A DNA stretch of 64,000 nt from Candidatus Bathyarchaeia archaeon (GTDB lineage: Archaea > Thermoproteota > Bathyarchaeia > 40CM-2-53-6): the NCBI GenBank assembly GCA_049517415.1, contig JBEKSC010000005.1, forward strand, positions 33,746-97,745, read 5' to 3'. The translations under genes and the position numbers were made by a program. Under the pieces are notes generated by a model. The model saw only the letters and a list, made by a program, of their open reading frames with translations, was not told the origin of the DNA and did not search any database. Positions 30,669 to 38,413 of this stretch are shown here, piece after piece (position 1 is the stretch's first letter; each line of letters opens with the position of its first letter).

Positions 30669-30923
30669 GGGTGGTCGGTCAGTCTCACCTCTCCGATGAA
30701 CACCCAGAGGCTTTTCCCCTCTCAAATTATGCTCATATGAACGGAATACATGTGAGGGCCGTGCCTGTATTGAATAGCATTATTCAACCTAGTAATGCCT
30801 TTCCTTACCCACGTTTGGAATAGATGCGGGGTTAAACACGGTCGAACGTCCGGCATATGAAAGTATGCCATAAGAAGGCGGCTCAGTTAGTAAGGCAGAT
30901 ACCCCTTCGGCTGCAGCCGTCTT
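30669..30923 (+). ncRNA. Candidate structured RNA of unknown family
   Basis: At least seven helices including G-U pairs on the + strand, a GAAA tetraloop and a potential pseudoknot; GC-richer than flanks; no ORF. Confidence 0.6.
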
Positions 30924-30955
30924 ACTTCTAATAATATAATAAAGAGATATAATAT

Positions 30956-31363
30956 ATGACCTATTATACTCATACTAAGTATACTACTATTATTAGACAA
31001 TATCTTGAGAAACCAGAAGGTGCATATCCAATAGAAGAACCTCTAAATCAATATCAGGTTTATGAGTTAAATAAGGTCATTAAGAAACTTAAGCTATATG
31101 ATTCTATAAGGACGTTCACGGTTAAAGGCACTCCATTCATTAGGCGTATAGGCATAGGTATTATCCCCTCTTGGTTCGATTTACCAGAGCCGAGAAAGAG
31201 GCATGTTAAGCCTATAGCTCCCCCAGAAAACTATTCTGTAGTTGGTCAAGAGAAAGAACCATCATATATGCCTATAGCTAATCCATCCGGTTCAATGAGT
31301 GAGGTAGCTAATTATTATGATACTGCTTGGGCACGGTTGAAGCGTAGGCAAGCCTCATACTGA
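30956..31363 (+). CDS. Hypothetical protein, 135 aa
   Basis: ORF track; leader resembles that of 28288. Confidence 0.6.
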   Translation: MTYYTHTKYTTIIRQYLEKPEGAYPIEEPLNQYQVYELNKVIKKLKLYDSIRTFTVKGTPFIRRIGIGIIPSWFDLPEPRKRHVKPIAPPENYSVVGQEKEPSYMPIANPSGSMSEVANYYDTAWARLKRRQASY

Positions 31364-31760
31364 AAAAAGAATATAACATCATATAAGTGGTATCTCCCAT
31401 ACCACCCTAATGACTTTTGGAAAGCAGTTTTTCCTATAATAGCGATAGCCTTACACGCTATCAGGTGTAATTAATAGTATTAAGAAGAGAGAGAATTATC
31501 ATCTATAAGTCTTATCTTCTATGTATATCATATTATATATAGGCGTTTTTCTGCTTTATTGTTGTTTTGGGGGGGTAAAGATGTGGTTAAACCTATTCCA
31601 TACAGTCAGAGGGGGGCATTACCACAATTAGTAAGATAAGATATATAATATACTATACCATAGTTATAAATCAATTCAGTTTGGAGTAAAGAATATCACC
31701 CATTTATGAGGACTTTGGGGAAGAGACTCACACAAGCACGCACGCACGTATTTCCAATCA

Positions 31761-31910
31761 ATATCACTAATGGTCATGGGTAAATTGCTATATATCACTA
31801 ATTCTATGTCTAATATCCATAATTTAGGTATATGAAAAACGCTAATATATACATAAATCCCTATTATTGAGGCTCTAATACCACTAATAGATACTTATAA
31901 TATCACTAAT
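31761..31910 (+). repeat. Four ATAYCACTAAT direct repeats (iteron-like)
   Basis: Copies at 31761, 31792, 31878 (ATACCACTAAT) and 31900. Confidence 0.6.
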
Positions 31911-32017
31911 ATGACCTACGGTATAGCCTATAATATGGGTTATAAACGGACATAATATAGATTATAAGAGGATACAACATAAGGATAAGATGGGGCGTGA
32001 TACCAGCCCCAAAGGGT

Positions 32018-32338
32018 CTATACGGTGTTTCGCATCTTTCCTTTCTGAGCCTTACCTAATGCTGTGACTCTATCCTTTTGTGTTTGTAGCGCACGCAATT
32101 CCTCTTTGTCTAAGGCTCGTATGTCAACGAAAAATCGGCCAGTAGCCTTATCCCGTTTCTTGATTGCCTTATAGCCTAACCATTTCAAAGCCTGTAGCAA
32201 TCCTGTATATTCCCTGTTTGAAGACAAGAAGTATGCTTCTTTGCCTTGCTTCTCAATGATGCTCTTGGCTGTCGCCTTGTTTGGTGTTTCTCCGGTCTTT
32301 GCTTGCTCAGACTGAGTAGGCCATTTCTCAAATCCCAT
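32018..32338 (-). CDS. Basic hypothetical protein, 106 aa
   Basis: AGGTGA SD; co-directional downstream of the integrase-like gene. Confidence 0.7.
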   Translation of the reverse strand: MGFEKWPTQSEQAKTGETPNKATAKSIIEKQGKEAYFLSSNREYTGLLQALKWLGYKAIKKRDKATGRFFVDIRALDKEELRALQTQKDRVTALGKAQKGKMRNTV

Positions 32339-32396
32339 TCTATATCACCTGCCTTTGGATATTGGCCAGAGATAGATATGATATAAGATATAAGGA

Positions 32397-33593
32397 TTAT
32401 CTATTTAGAGCCTTAAGTTGTTTGTCTATTGCCTCAATTTTGAGCCTTATTCGTTTCATTTCCTCAGATTCTTCAAAACCTGCCATGCCTACAGTATCAG
32501 GCCTAGAAATACCCGCTTTAATGGCTTTCTCTTGCAATTCTTGATATTTAGCTTGCCATTGTCGCTTTTCTTCCTCTAATCTAGGAATGACGACTTCTTC
32601 CAGCGCCCTATATTTCTGTTCGAGTGTTTCAACGTCCTTCTTAGTTGGCGGTGCAGTGTATGACCATAGCTTCTTTAGCTCATTATACACGTTTGTTTCC
32701 TCATAGTATTCCCTTCGATACCCGAATTTGTCTCCCCCTACAGAATGGCCTCTTACATATTCGATAGTGCCACTATCTACCTTGGCTAATCCGGCTGTGC
32801 TTTCGAAGGTTGATACTAGGACATGGCAACCTAGACCAGCATACCACAGTTTAGCCTTCTTAGCTCCCCTTCTGAAATTCTCCCGTAGGTCATATGCAGT
32901 AATTGGTGTGCCCCCTCTTTGTTGTTTGTTTGTTGGCTTGCCCTTCCTATCAAGACCGCCTACGATATGTGTAAGTAATGGGAGTGTTTTGGGGAATAGG
33001 CTCTTAGGTATCAACGTGTAGAATACAGTTGTACCGGACTTACGGGGTTTGAGGTCAATTCTGATATAGTCTTTCGTATTGTTCCATTGTTCTTTGATAT
33101 TCTCGATTAGCTCGGAGTTGGTGTTTAGTTCTTCTATCTCGTCTGCTCCCATGCCTGATATTCTCATAACTCGGTATAAGGTTCTATAAGGCTCATCTGT
33201 TTCTATGATAATCTTCTCGGAATCGTCAAAATTTAGATATGCTTTTCTTCGTTTTTCCTTTACATTTAGCTCATCTAAATCAATGGTAATGTTCTTGATT
33301 TTATGCTTCTTTAGGAAGCTCAGTATAGCATAGGCTGTTTGGTTGGCCTTAGAAGTGCTTCGTTTCCATAGAACACTGAGTTTGTCGTCTATGTCTGAAC
33401 CGGCTTTTTCTGGGTTATCTTTGCATTGTTGTAAGAATTCGGCGGGTGCTTGAGTGCCCAAGTATTGCATAAAATATTTGGAGTAGAGGTTGAATGTGCT
33501 TTTCTCGCCTTTGAACTTCGCTTCCCATATTTCTATTTCTGGTATCTTCTGAAATTGTTCTAATCGTTTTTTCGTGCCGTTACTTGAGGCCAT
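32397..33593 (-). CDS. Tyrosine recombinase/integrase-fold protein (atypical active site); ATG 33593 has GAGGT SD, ORF opens at 33614
   Basis: SGMGADE, PRK, FYTL, HVLV, RGH....DKFGY layout of archaeal integrases; C-terminal coiled coil. Confidence 0.75.
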   Translation of the reverse strand: MASSNGTKKRLEQFQKIPEIEIWEAKFKGEKSTFNLYSKYFMQYLGTQAPAEFLQQCKDNPEKAGSDIDDKLSVLWKRSTSKANQTAYAILSFLKKHKIKNITIDLDELNVKEKRRKAYLNFDDSEKIIIETDEPYRTLYRVMRISGMGADEIEELNTNSELIENIKEQWNNTKDYIRIDLKPRKSGTTVFYTLIPKSLFPKTLPLLTHIVGGLDRKGKPTNKQQRGGTPITAYDLRENFRRGAKKAKLWYAGLGCHVLVSTFESTAGLAKVDSGTIEYVRGHSVGGDKFGYRREYYEETNVYNELKKLWSYTAPPTKKDVETLEQKYRALEEVVIPRLEEEKRQWQAKYQELQEKAIKAGISRPDTVGMAGFEESEEMKRIRLKIEAIDKQLKALNR

Positions 33594-33837
33594 TCTGAAT
33601 GACCTCTTGCTCATTTCCTAAGACCTCATCTAATTTCGAAAGTTGAGACTTGTAGGCTCGGCCATGATTTGCATGATGGCACTGGCAGGTACACTTAAAT
33701 TTCTTAGCTCGCTCACAGCGCCCATTCCCACAGTGACAGGCGACAGAGGCAAACATCTGAGGCTCAACTGGCTTGACTTCAAAAATTTCAAACCATTCAA
33801 GACCTTCCCCACGTTCACGTTCAATTCGAGTTTCCAA
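33580..33837 (-). CDS. Cys-rich protein (CxC..C..A....CxCxC...NHG), 85 aa from TTG 33837
   Basis: CHCGNGRCERAKKFKCTCQCHHANHG; the longer track start crosses attR and overlaps rpl40e. Confidence 0.7.
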   Translation of the reverse strand: METRIERERGEGLEWFEIFEVKPVEPQMFASVACHCGNGRCERAKKFKCTCQCHHANHGRAYKSQLSKLDEVLGNEQEVIQNGLK

Positions 33838-33865
33838 ATTTATACACGCTATCGGTATAAGAAAG

Positions 33866-33876
33866 ATTCCTCTTTT
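33866..33876 (+). repeat. attR core ATTCCTCTTTT
   Basis: Identical to 26584-26594. Confidence 0.7.
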
Positions 33877-33910
33877 CGCTTGTAGCGAATTCGCTTCAAG
33901 GTAATCGCAA

Positions 33911-34075
33911 ATGCCCATCACCGACGTTGTGAAGAAACAGCTCGCGCAGAAGGTAAGGCTGCACTACAAGGTCTGCCGCGACTGCGGCGCACGCAACCCG
34001 GGACCGTCTAATCGGTGCAGAAAATGCCACGGCCACAACCTGCGCTGGAAGAAACGTGAGTTGGGCGCCAAGTAG
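33911..34075 (+). CDS. rpl40e: 50S ribosomal protein L40e (missed by ORF track)
   Basis: MPITDVVKKQLAQKVRLHYKVCRDCGARNPGPSNRCRKCHGHNLRWKKRELGAK. Confidence 0.95.
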   Translation: MPITDVVKKQLAQKVRLHYKVCRDCGARNPGPSNRCRKCHGHNLRWKKRELGAK

Positions 34076-34112
34076 AGCAACTCGCACTTGTTCGCGTAAT
34101 CAACAAGCACAC

Positions 34113-34155
34113 TTGGCACCGTTTGGCACCACCCCCTCAATGGGTGGATCCACCC
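34113..34155 (+). repeat. Dispersed palindromic repeat, copy 1
   Basis: TTGGCACCGTTTGGCACCACCCCCTCAATGGGTGGATCCACCC; near-identical to 63656-63697. Confidence 0.85.
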
Positions 34156-34246
34156 GTTTCCACACGTGCCGAGCGTTTATTCTTGCAGAGAACTGTCCGC
34201 CTGAATTTCAAAGAGGAAAAGAGAAGTAAAAGAGGGTTGGCCTAGG

Positions 34247-34549
34247 TTAGGCTATTCCCATCTGTGCTTTTGCTTCTTCACTCATCTTGTCTGGTGACCA
34301 GGGCGGTTCCCACACAAGATCAACCTTCGCATCCTTGACGCCGTTCATGGCCTTGATCTTTGATTTTACTTCTTCAGCAATCATTCCACCCATCATGCAG
34401 CCTGGAGCGGTTAGCGTCATTTTGATCCCCACGTTACCATCATCTAGAACGTTGATGTCATACACTAATCCTAGGTCCCAGATGTTGATTGGGATTTCGG
34501 GATCGTAGCAATCTTTTAGCACAGTTATGATTTCATCTTTAGTAACCAA
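34247..34549 (-). CDS. DUF59/SufT (MIP18) Fe-S assembly protein
   Basis: DPEIPINIWDLGLVY, MTLTAPGC, WEPPW. Confidence 0.92.
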   Translation of the reverse strand: MVTKDEIITVLKDCYDPEIPINIWDLGLVYDINVLDDGNVGIKMTLTAPGCMMGGMIAEEVKSKIKAMNGVKDAKVDLVWEPPWSPDKMSEEAKAQMGIA

Positions 34550-34655
34550 TCTTCAATTCACCTCCACGTTCGGGAGCGAACAAGTCTTCCGCGATAACTC
34601 GGCATTTGCCTCCCCTATTAATCTTAGTCTGTTCTCTTAAACCCGCGAGGCAACC

Positions 34656-35897
34656 CTAAGCCTTCTGTTCAGACCAAGCTATTGGCATGGCGCCGGGAAT
34701 CGGTTCGAGCAACCTGTTTGCGTTCAGCCTCACAGCCCTTGTAACGTCTTCGAATAGTGGGTTGGCGTATTCCTCTATTTTTCCCTCGTCAGCTAGCTTT
34801 GCAATTTCAGGGTCGATTGGGACGGCGCCCAAGAACGGTATCCCAGCCTTCTTTGCAGCGTCCGCTGCTCTGGTCCGGCCGAAGACTTCGATCCTCTCAC
34901 CGCAGTGTGGGCAAACCATGTAGCTCATGTTTTCGATTAGGCCGAGAATCTTCACAGAAACGAGTTGCTCGCTGAGCGTCTTCGCCATATTGATCGCTTT
35001 CCCTACAACCATTAGTGCGAGGTCCTGCGGCGTCGTAACCACTACAACCCCCTGTAATGGGAGCGATTGGAAGACGGTCAACGGGGCGTCAGAAGTCCCC
35101 GGAGGGAGGTCCACGAGAAGAAAGTGTAGGTCTCCCCATTCGATGTCTTGAAACATTTGGCGAATCACGCTGTTGATGATAGGACCTCGTACGATTACAG
35201 GCATCTGTGGTTCTTCGAGAATGAGATTCATCGAGACGACTTTGATTCCCAAATGCGACGTTGCTGGGAGGACATGTTTGTCGGGTGTTACGAAGAGTGG
35301 GCCTTTCAGCCCGAACATTTTCGCTATGCTTGGGCCCGTGATGTCTGCGTCGAGTATGCCTACCTTGTAGCCCAGCCTTGTTAGTTGAACAGCCAGGAAG
35401 CCTGTTACGAAGGATTTTCCGACTCCGCCCTTGCCCGACATTATTGCGATGACGTTTCGAATCCCTTTCCGTTCCAATCGGTTAATTCCAGGAGGCATGC
35501 CTCCAGGCCCTGCCTTTTGCGTTTGGGCCGCAGCCATCTGGGACTGAATTTGCTTGCGCACTCCTTCAAGTTCTTGCTTCGTCATCACACTTGTTTCAAC
35601 TTCAACAGCGGTGACGCCCGGAAGTTTCGTTACTGCCTTTTCGATGTCGCTTGAGATTGTCTTGGAGAGTGGACAACCGCCGACTGTGAGCGCGACAAGA
35701 ACCTTCACCCTGTCTCCTTCAATGTCAACTTTCTTGACCATTTGTAGGTTGATTATCGAAATGTGCAGCTCCGGGTCCATGACGTCTTTGAGTGCCGCCA
35801 TGACCTGGTCCTTTGAAACCACTCTTGCATTCCCCAGAGTTTGTCGCGGTATCACGGAACAGTGGCAGATAACCGTTGTTAATTTTTCATGTTCCAA
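34656..35897 (-). CDS. Mrp/NBP35 Fe-S carrier ATPase with N-terminal DUF59 (start probably ~25 codons downstream)
   Basis: SGKGGVGKS, DADITGP, DLPPGTSD, ENMS..CPHC. Confidence 0.92.
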   Translation of the reverse strand: MEHEKLTTVICHCSVIPRQTLGNARVVSKDQVMAALKDVMDPELHISIINLQMVKKVDIEGDRVKVLVALTVGGCPLSKTISSDIEKAVTKLPGVTAVEVETSVMTKQELEGVRKQIQSQMAAAQTQKAGPGGMPPGINRLERKGIRNVIAIMSGKGGVGKSFVTGFLAVQLTRLGYKVGILDADITGPSIAKMFGLKGPLFVTPDKHVLPATSHLGIKVVSMNLILEEPQMPVIVRGPIINSVIRQMFQDIEWGDLHFLLVDLPPGTSDAPLTVFQSLPLQGVVVVTTPQDLALMVVGKAINMAKTLSEQLVSVKILGLIENMSYMVCPHCGERIEVFGRTRAADAAKKAGIPFLGAVPIDPEIAKLADEGKIEEYANPLFEDVTRAVRLNANRLLEPIPGAMPIAWSEQKA

Positions 35898-36135
35898 AAC
35901 TCTGTCTGTTTGGTAAGAAACCTAACACACAGGCATAGAGAGGCGGGGAAGCTAATTTTGTGGGGAAAAAATGGCGCAGTTACTTCGGGCAGAGAGGTGG
36001 GTTTTCGTCTGCCGATAATCCGGTTTTCGTCCGACGGAAACCCTTCAAGAATTTGGCGGATTATGGACTAGTGTCGTGTAAAGAAACAGGCCGCCGCGAA
36101 AGCTGTCGCAAAAACCAGCAGTGTTCCAATGTAGG

Positions 36136-37107
36136 TTATGCCGGGAACGCTCCGCAGATCCTGCAATAGTTCATAACCTGCATGAGCCACGCCCCGCATC
36201 CTTTACATTTCTTAGCGCCTTCACCCATTCCGCGTGGTATTCCGAATTCTTCCTTGAATGCCTCATAATACGCCAAGTGTTCCTTATCATTGATGCGTAC
36301 ACCATCGCGCTCGAGGCAATTCTTTTTCTGGGCTTCGAATTTATCATCAGACATCCGTGATGCAAAGTATTCTGGAAGTTTTGACGTCCCTGAACCTTGC
36401 TCTATCGGCATTTTCATGCGCCAGACCACATTGTCTGGCAGCGATCCCTCGAACGCCTTTCTCAGTATCCACTTACCATAGACCCTCCCGTGTTCTTCGT
36501 GAACTTTCAGTTTAGGATTCACGCTCATGGCGAACGCTTGGAACTTGTCTTCGAGAAAGGGCAGCTTAGCCTCCATCCCGAGGCTTCTTGCGAGTGGAGC
36601 TGACGAGAATCGCATAGTCTTCCACATGTTTTCAAGTCGCTGACCGAGTTGATCATACCCCTTCTCGAATAGGAAGCTGTATCCCGCAAATAGTTCGTCT
36701 CCTGCGTCGCCCGTGAGAACTCCACTGAGTCCTTCTTTTTTTGCGGCTCGTAGACCAATCAGAAGAGTCACGTCGTTCCTTACTTCCATAGGATCGAAGG
36801 TCCTCATGACTTCAATGACCTCTTGCGTAGCGTCCTCAGCCGTCTTCAGGTCGATCCTTACGATGGTGTGTTGCATACCAAAGAGATCTGCGACTGTTGT
36901 CGCGTAGGATAAATCCGGAGCGTCTTCTAGCGCTACCGTAATGGCTCTTAGCTTGCTAAACTTTCTTGCAGTTGCCGCAATTACCGATGTGTCCAAGCCG
37001 CCGGAAAGCAAAATGCCGTCCGTCAAGTTTCTTTGAACTGCTTTGTCGAATAAGCCTCGTAATTGTCCGCACGTTTGAGTGATGAGTTCGTTAGCCAAGG
37101 TTTTCAC
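36136..37107 (-). CDS. Asparagine synthase-related protein (synthetase domain only, C-terminal Zn ribbon)
   Basis: LLSGGLDTS, TGDAGDELFAGY, KWILRKAF, CKGC..CRIC. Confidence 0.85.
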   Translation of the reverse strand: MKTLANELITQTCGQLRGLFDKAVQRNLTDGILLSGGLDTSVIAATARKFSKLRAITVALEDAPDLSYATTVADLFGMQHTIVRIDLKTAEDATQEVIEVMRTFDPMEVRNDVTLLIGLRAAKKEGLSGVLTGDAGDELFAGYSFLFEKGYDQLGQRLENMWKTMRFSSAPLARSLGMEAKLPFLEDKFQAFAMSVNPKLKVHEEHGRVYGKWILRKAFEGSLPDNVVWRMKMPIEQGSGTSKLPEYFASRMSDDKFEAQKKNCLERDGVRINDKEHLAYYEAFKEEFGIPRGMGEGAKKCKGCGAWLMQVMNYCRICGAFPA

Positions 37108-37278
37108 CTAGCAACTCCGGAGGTTTCTCTATTCCTTTAGCTATACCAGAGCCTACTCCTAGTAAGTCTTGGAGTTGTAGTTCAAGCTGATTCGGGTTGG
37201 GTTCGTGGTCCATCAAATCCCGTTTTAGTACGAGTTCGACTGAATGGGACGATTGACATGCCTCGATTCTACTAATCC

Positions 37279-38412
37279 CTACTCACTGGGCATGTCTGAG
37301 AGAAAACGTTTGTTTAAGGCATAGTAGACGGTCACCATGAAAACTCCGACGAAAGCAAGCAATACGCTGATGACTCCCAGCACCATGAACCATGGAACCT
37401 GCACGTAAACGTTCATGAATGTCGAAGGGCTTAACCCGGAATTTCCCAGTAGCACCAAGTATGGGTATCTACCTGCATCATTCATGAATTCCCCAATCGT
37501 TGCCACCATAATCGCCACGGGACCTAAAGCAAGCGTATACCTTGGCACGCTTCCATTTCCATGGTTAATGCTCCTCCAGACTTTAACCGAGGTGACAACT
37601 AGGAACGCGATCAAGGAGAGCTTCAAAGCGAATAGTGGAGCTACGTCAAATGTTGATCCAGCTAAACCAAGAATATTCGAGTACAGCAATGGCGCCTTAC
37701 TGCTCAGGTTCAACAAGTACCATGGCCCGAGTACACCCTGCGCGCAGAGGAAGAGTACGCCATGCCAGAGCCCTATCCACGCATACTTCGGGCTCGCGTT
37801 ACCCTTAATGGCGAAAAAGGATGCTACTATGAATCCCCCGATCGACAAAGCACCAAACCAAGTGTGCAGCAATAGCCAGGGATAAAGGGGGTTGAAGAAT
37901 ACGGCTGTGCGCGCGGCCTCCGTCATACCCTGCAATGCCATCGCTAACGCGTACGGGTAAGTTATCTCTGCGAAGATATACCTGAAACCGAATGGGACAC
38001 CGAAACCGGATATAGCCATCACGAAACCGAGCGTAGTGTGCAAGCTGGGTCGAATTTTCCCCCAAGTATACCAGAATAGAGCAATTGATGGAATGCGGAT
38101 GAGTATAGAAGAGAGGGCTATGAGTATTGGTAGGAAGATTATGTCCGTTGCAGTTGCCATCAACGTGGGAAAAAGACCGGCGAGTATGACCGTTATGATT
38201 GTACCCCAAACTCCGCTGAACAATTCATGAATTATCAGAATCTTGAACACCCTCCTAGACATGACCTCCAAACCCGGTTTCCGTTGGAACCATGCGAGGA
38301 ACCTTGCCATTGCGGAAATCCAGCCCGTTCCAAGCGTGATGTTCACGATTATGATGTGAACGATTACAGCAATACCAAGAATCGTGAAACCTAGAAACTC
38401 CGTGTTCTCCAA
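37279..38412 (-). CDS. CydA'-like second subunit of bd-type oxidase (CydA paralogue)
   Basis: TM1 His (IVH), SGVWGT, LHTW, GEFMNDAGRYPY resembling CydA GRQPW. Confidence 0.75.
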   Translation of the reverse strand: MENTEFLGFTILGIAVIVHIIIVNITLGTGWISAMARFLAWFQRKPGLEVMSRRVFKILIIHELFSGVWGTIITVILAGLFPTLMATATDIIFLPILIALSSILIRIPSIALFWYTWGKIRPSLHTTLGFVMAISGFGVPFGFRYIFAEITYPYALAMALQGMTEAARTAVFFNPLYPWLLLHTWFGALSIGGFIVASFFAIKGNASPKYAWIGLWHGVLFLCAQGVLGPWYLLNLSSKAPLLYSNILGLAGSTFDVAPLFALKLSLIAFLVVTSVKVWRSINHGNGSVPRYTLALGPVAIMVATIGEFMNDAGRYPYLVLLGNSGLSPSTFMNVYVQVPWFMVLGVISVLLAFVGVFMVTVYYALNKRFLSDMPSE

Positions 38413-38413
38413 C

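Larger units (their letters stand above)
26584..33876. mobile_element. AT-rich integrative element (~7.3 kb) with tyrosine-recombinase-like gene
   Basis: Visible AT shift, terminal 11-bp direct repeat ATTCCTCTTTT, integrase-like gene near the right end, unrecognisable cargo, housekeeping udg and rpl40e on either side. Confidence 0.85.

Noticed and set aside
29668..30930. Group I or II intron with a homing endonuclease
   Set aside because: No recognisable group I P7 (R/S) elements; the GAAA hairpin lacks the domain V AGC triad, bulge and lower stem; no RT
26584..33876. Complete provirus, or a CRISPR/TIGR-type array within the element
   Set aside because: No capsid, terminase or Nop/Cas gene recognised; repeats are not regularly interspaced
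33896..34087. 63-aa minus-strand ORF
   Set aside because: Antisense shadow of rpl40e
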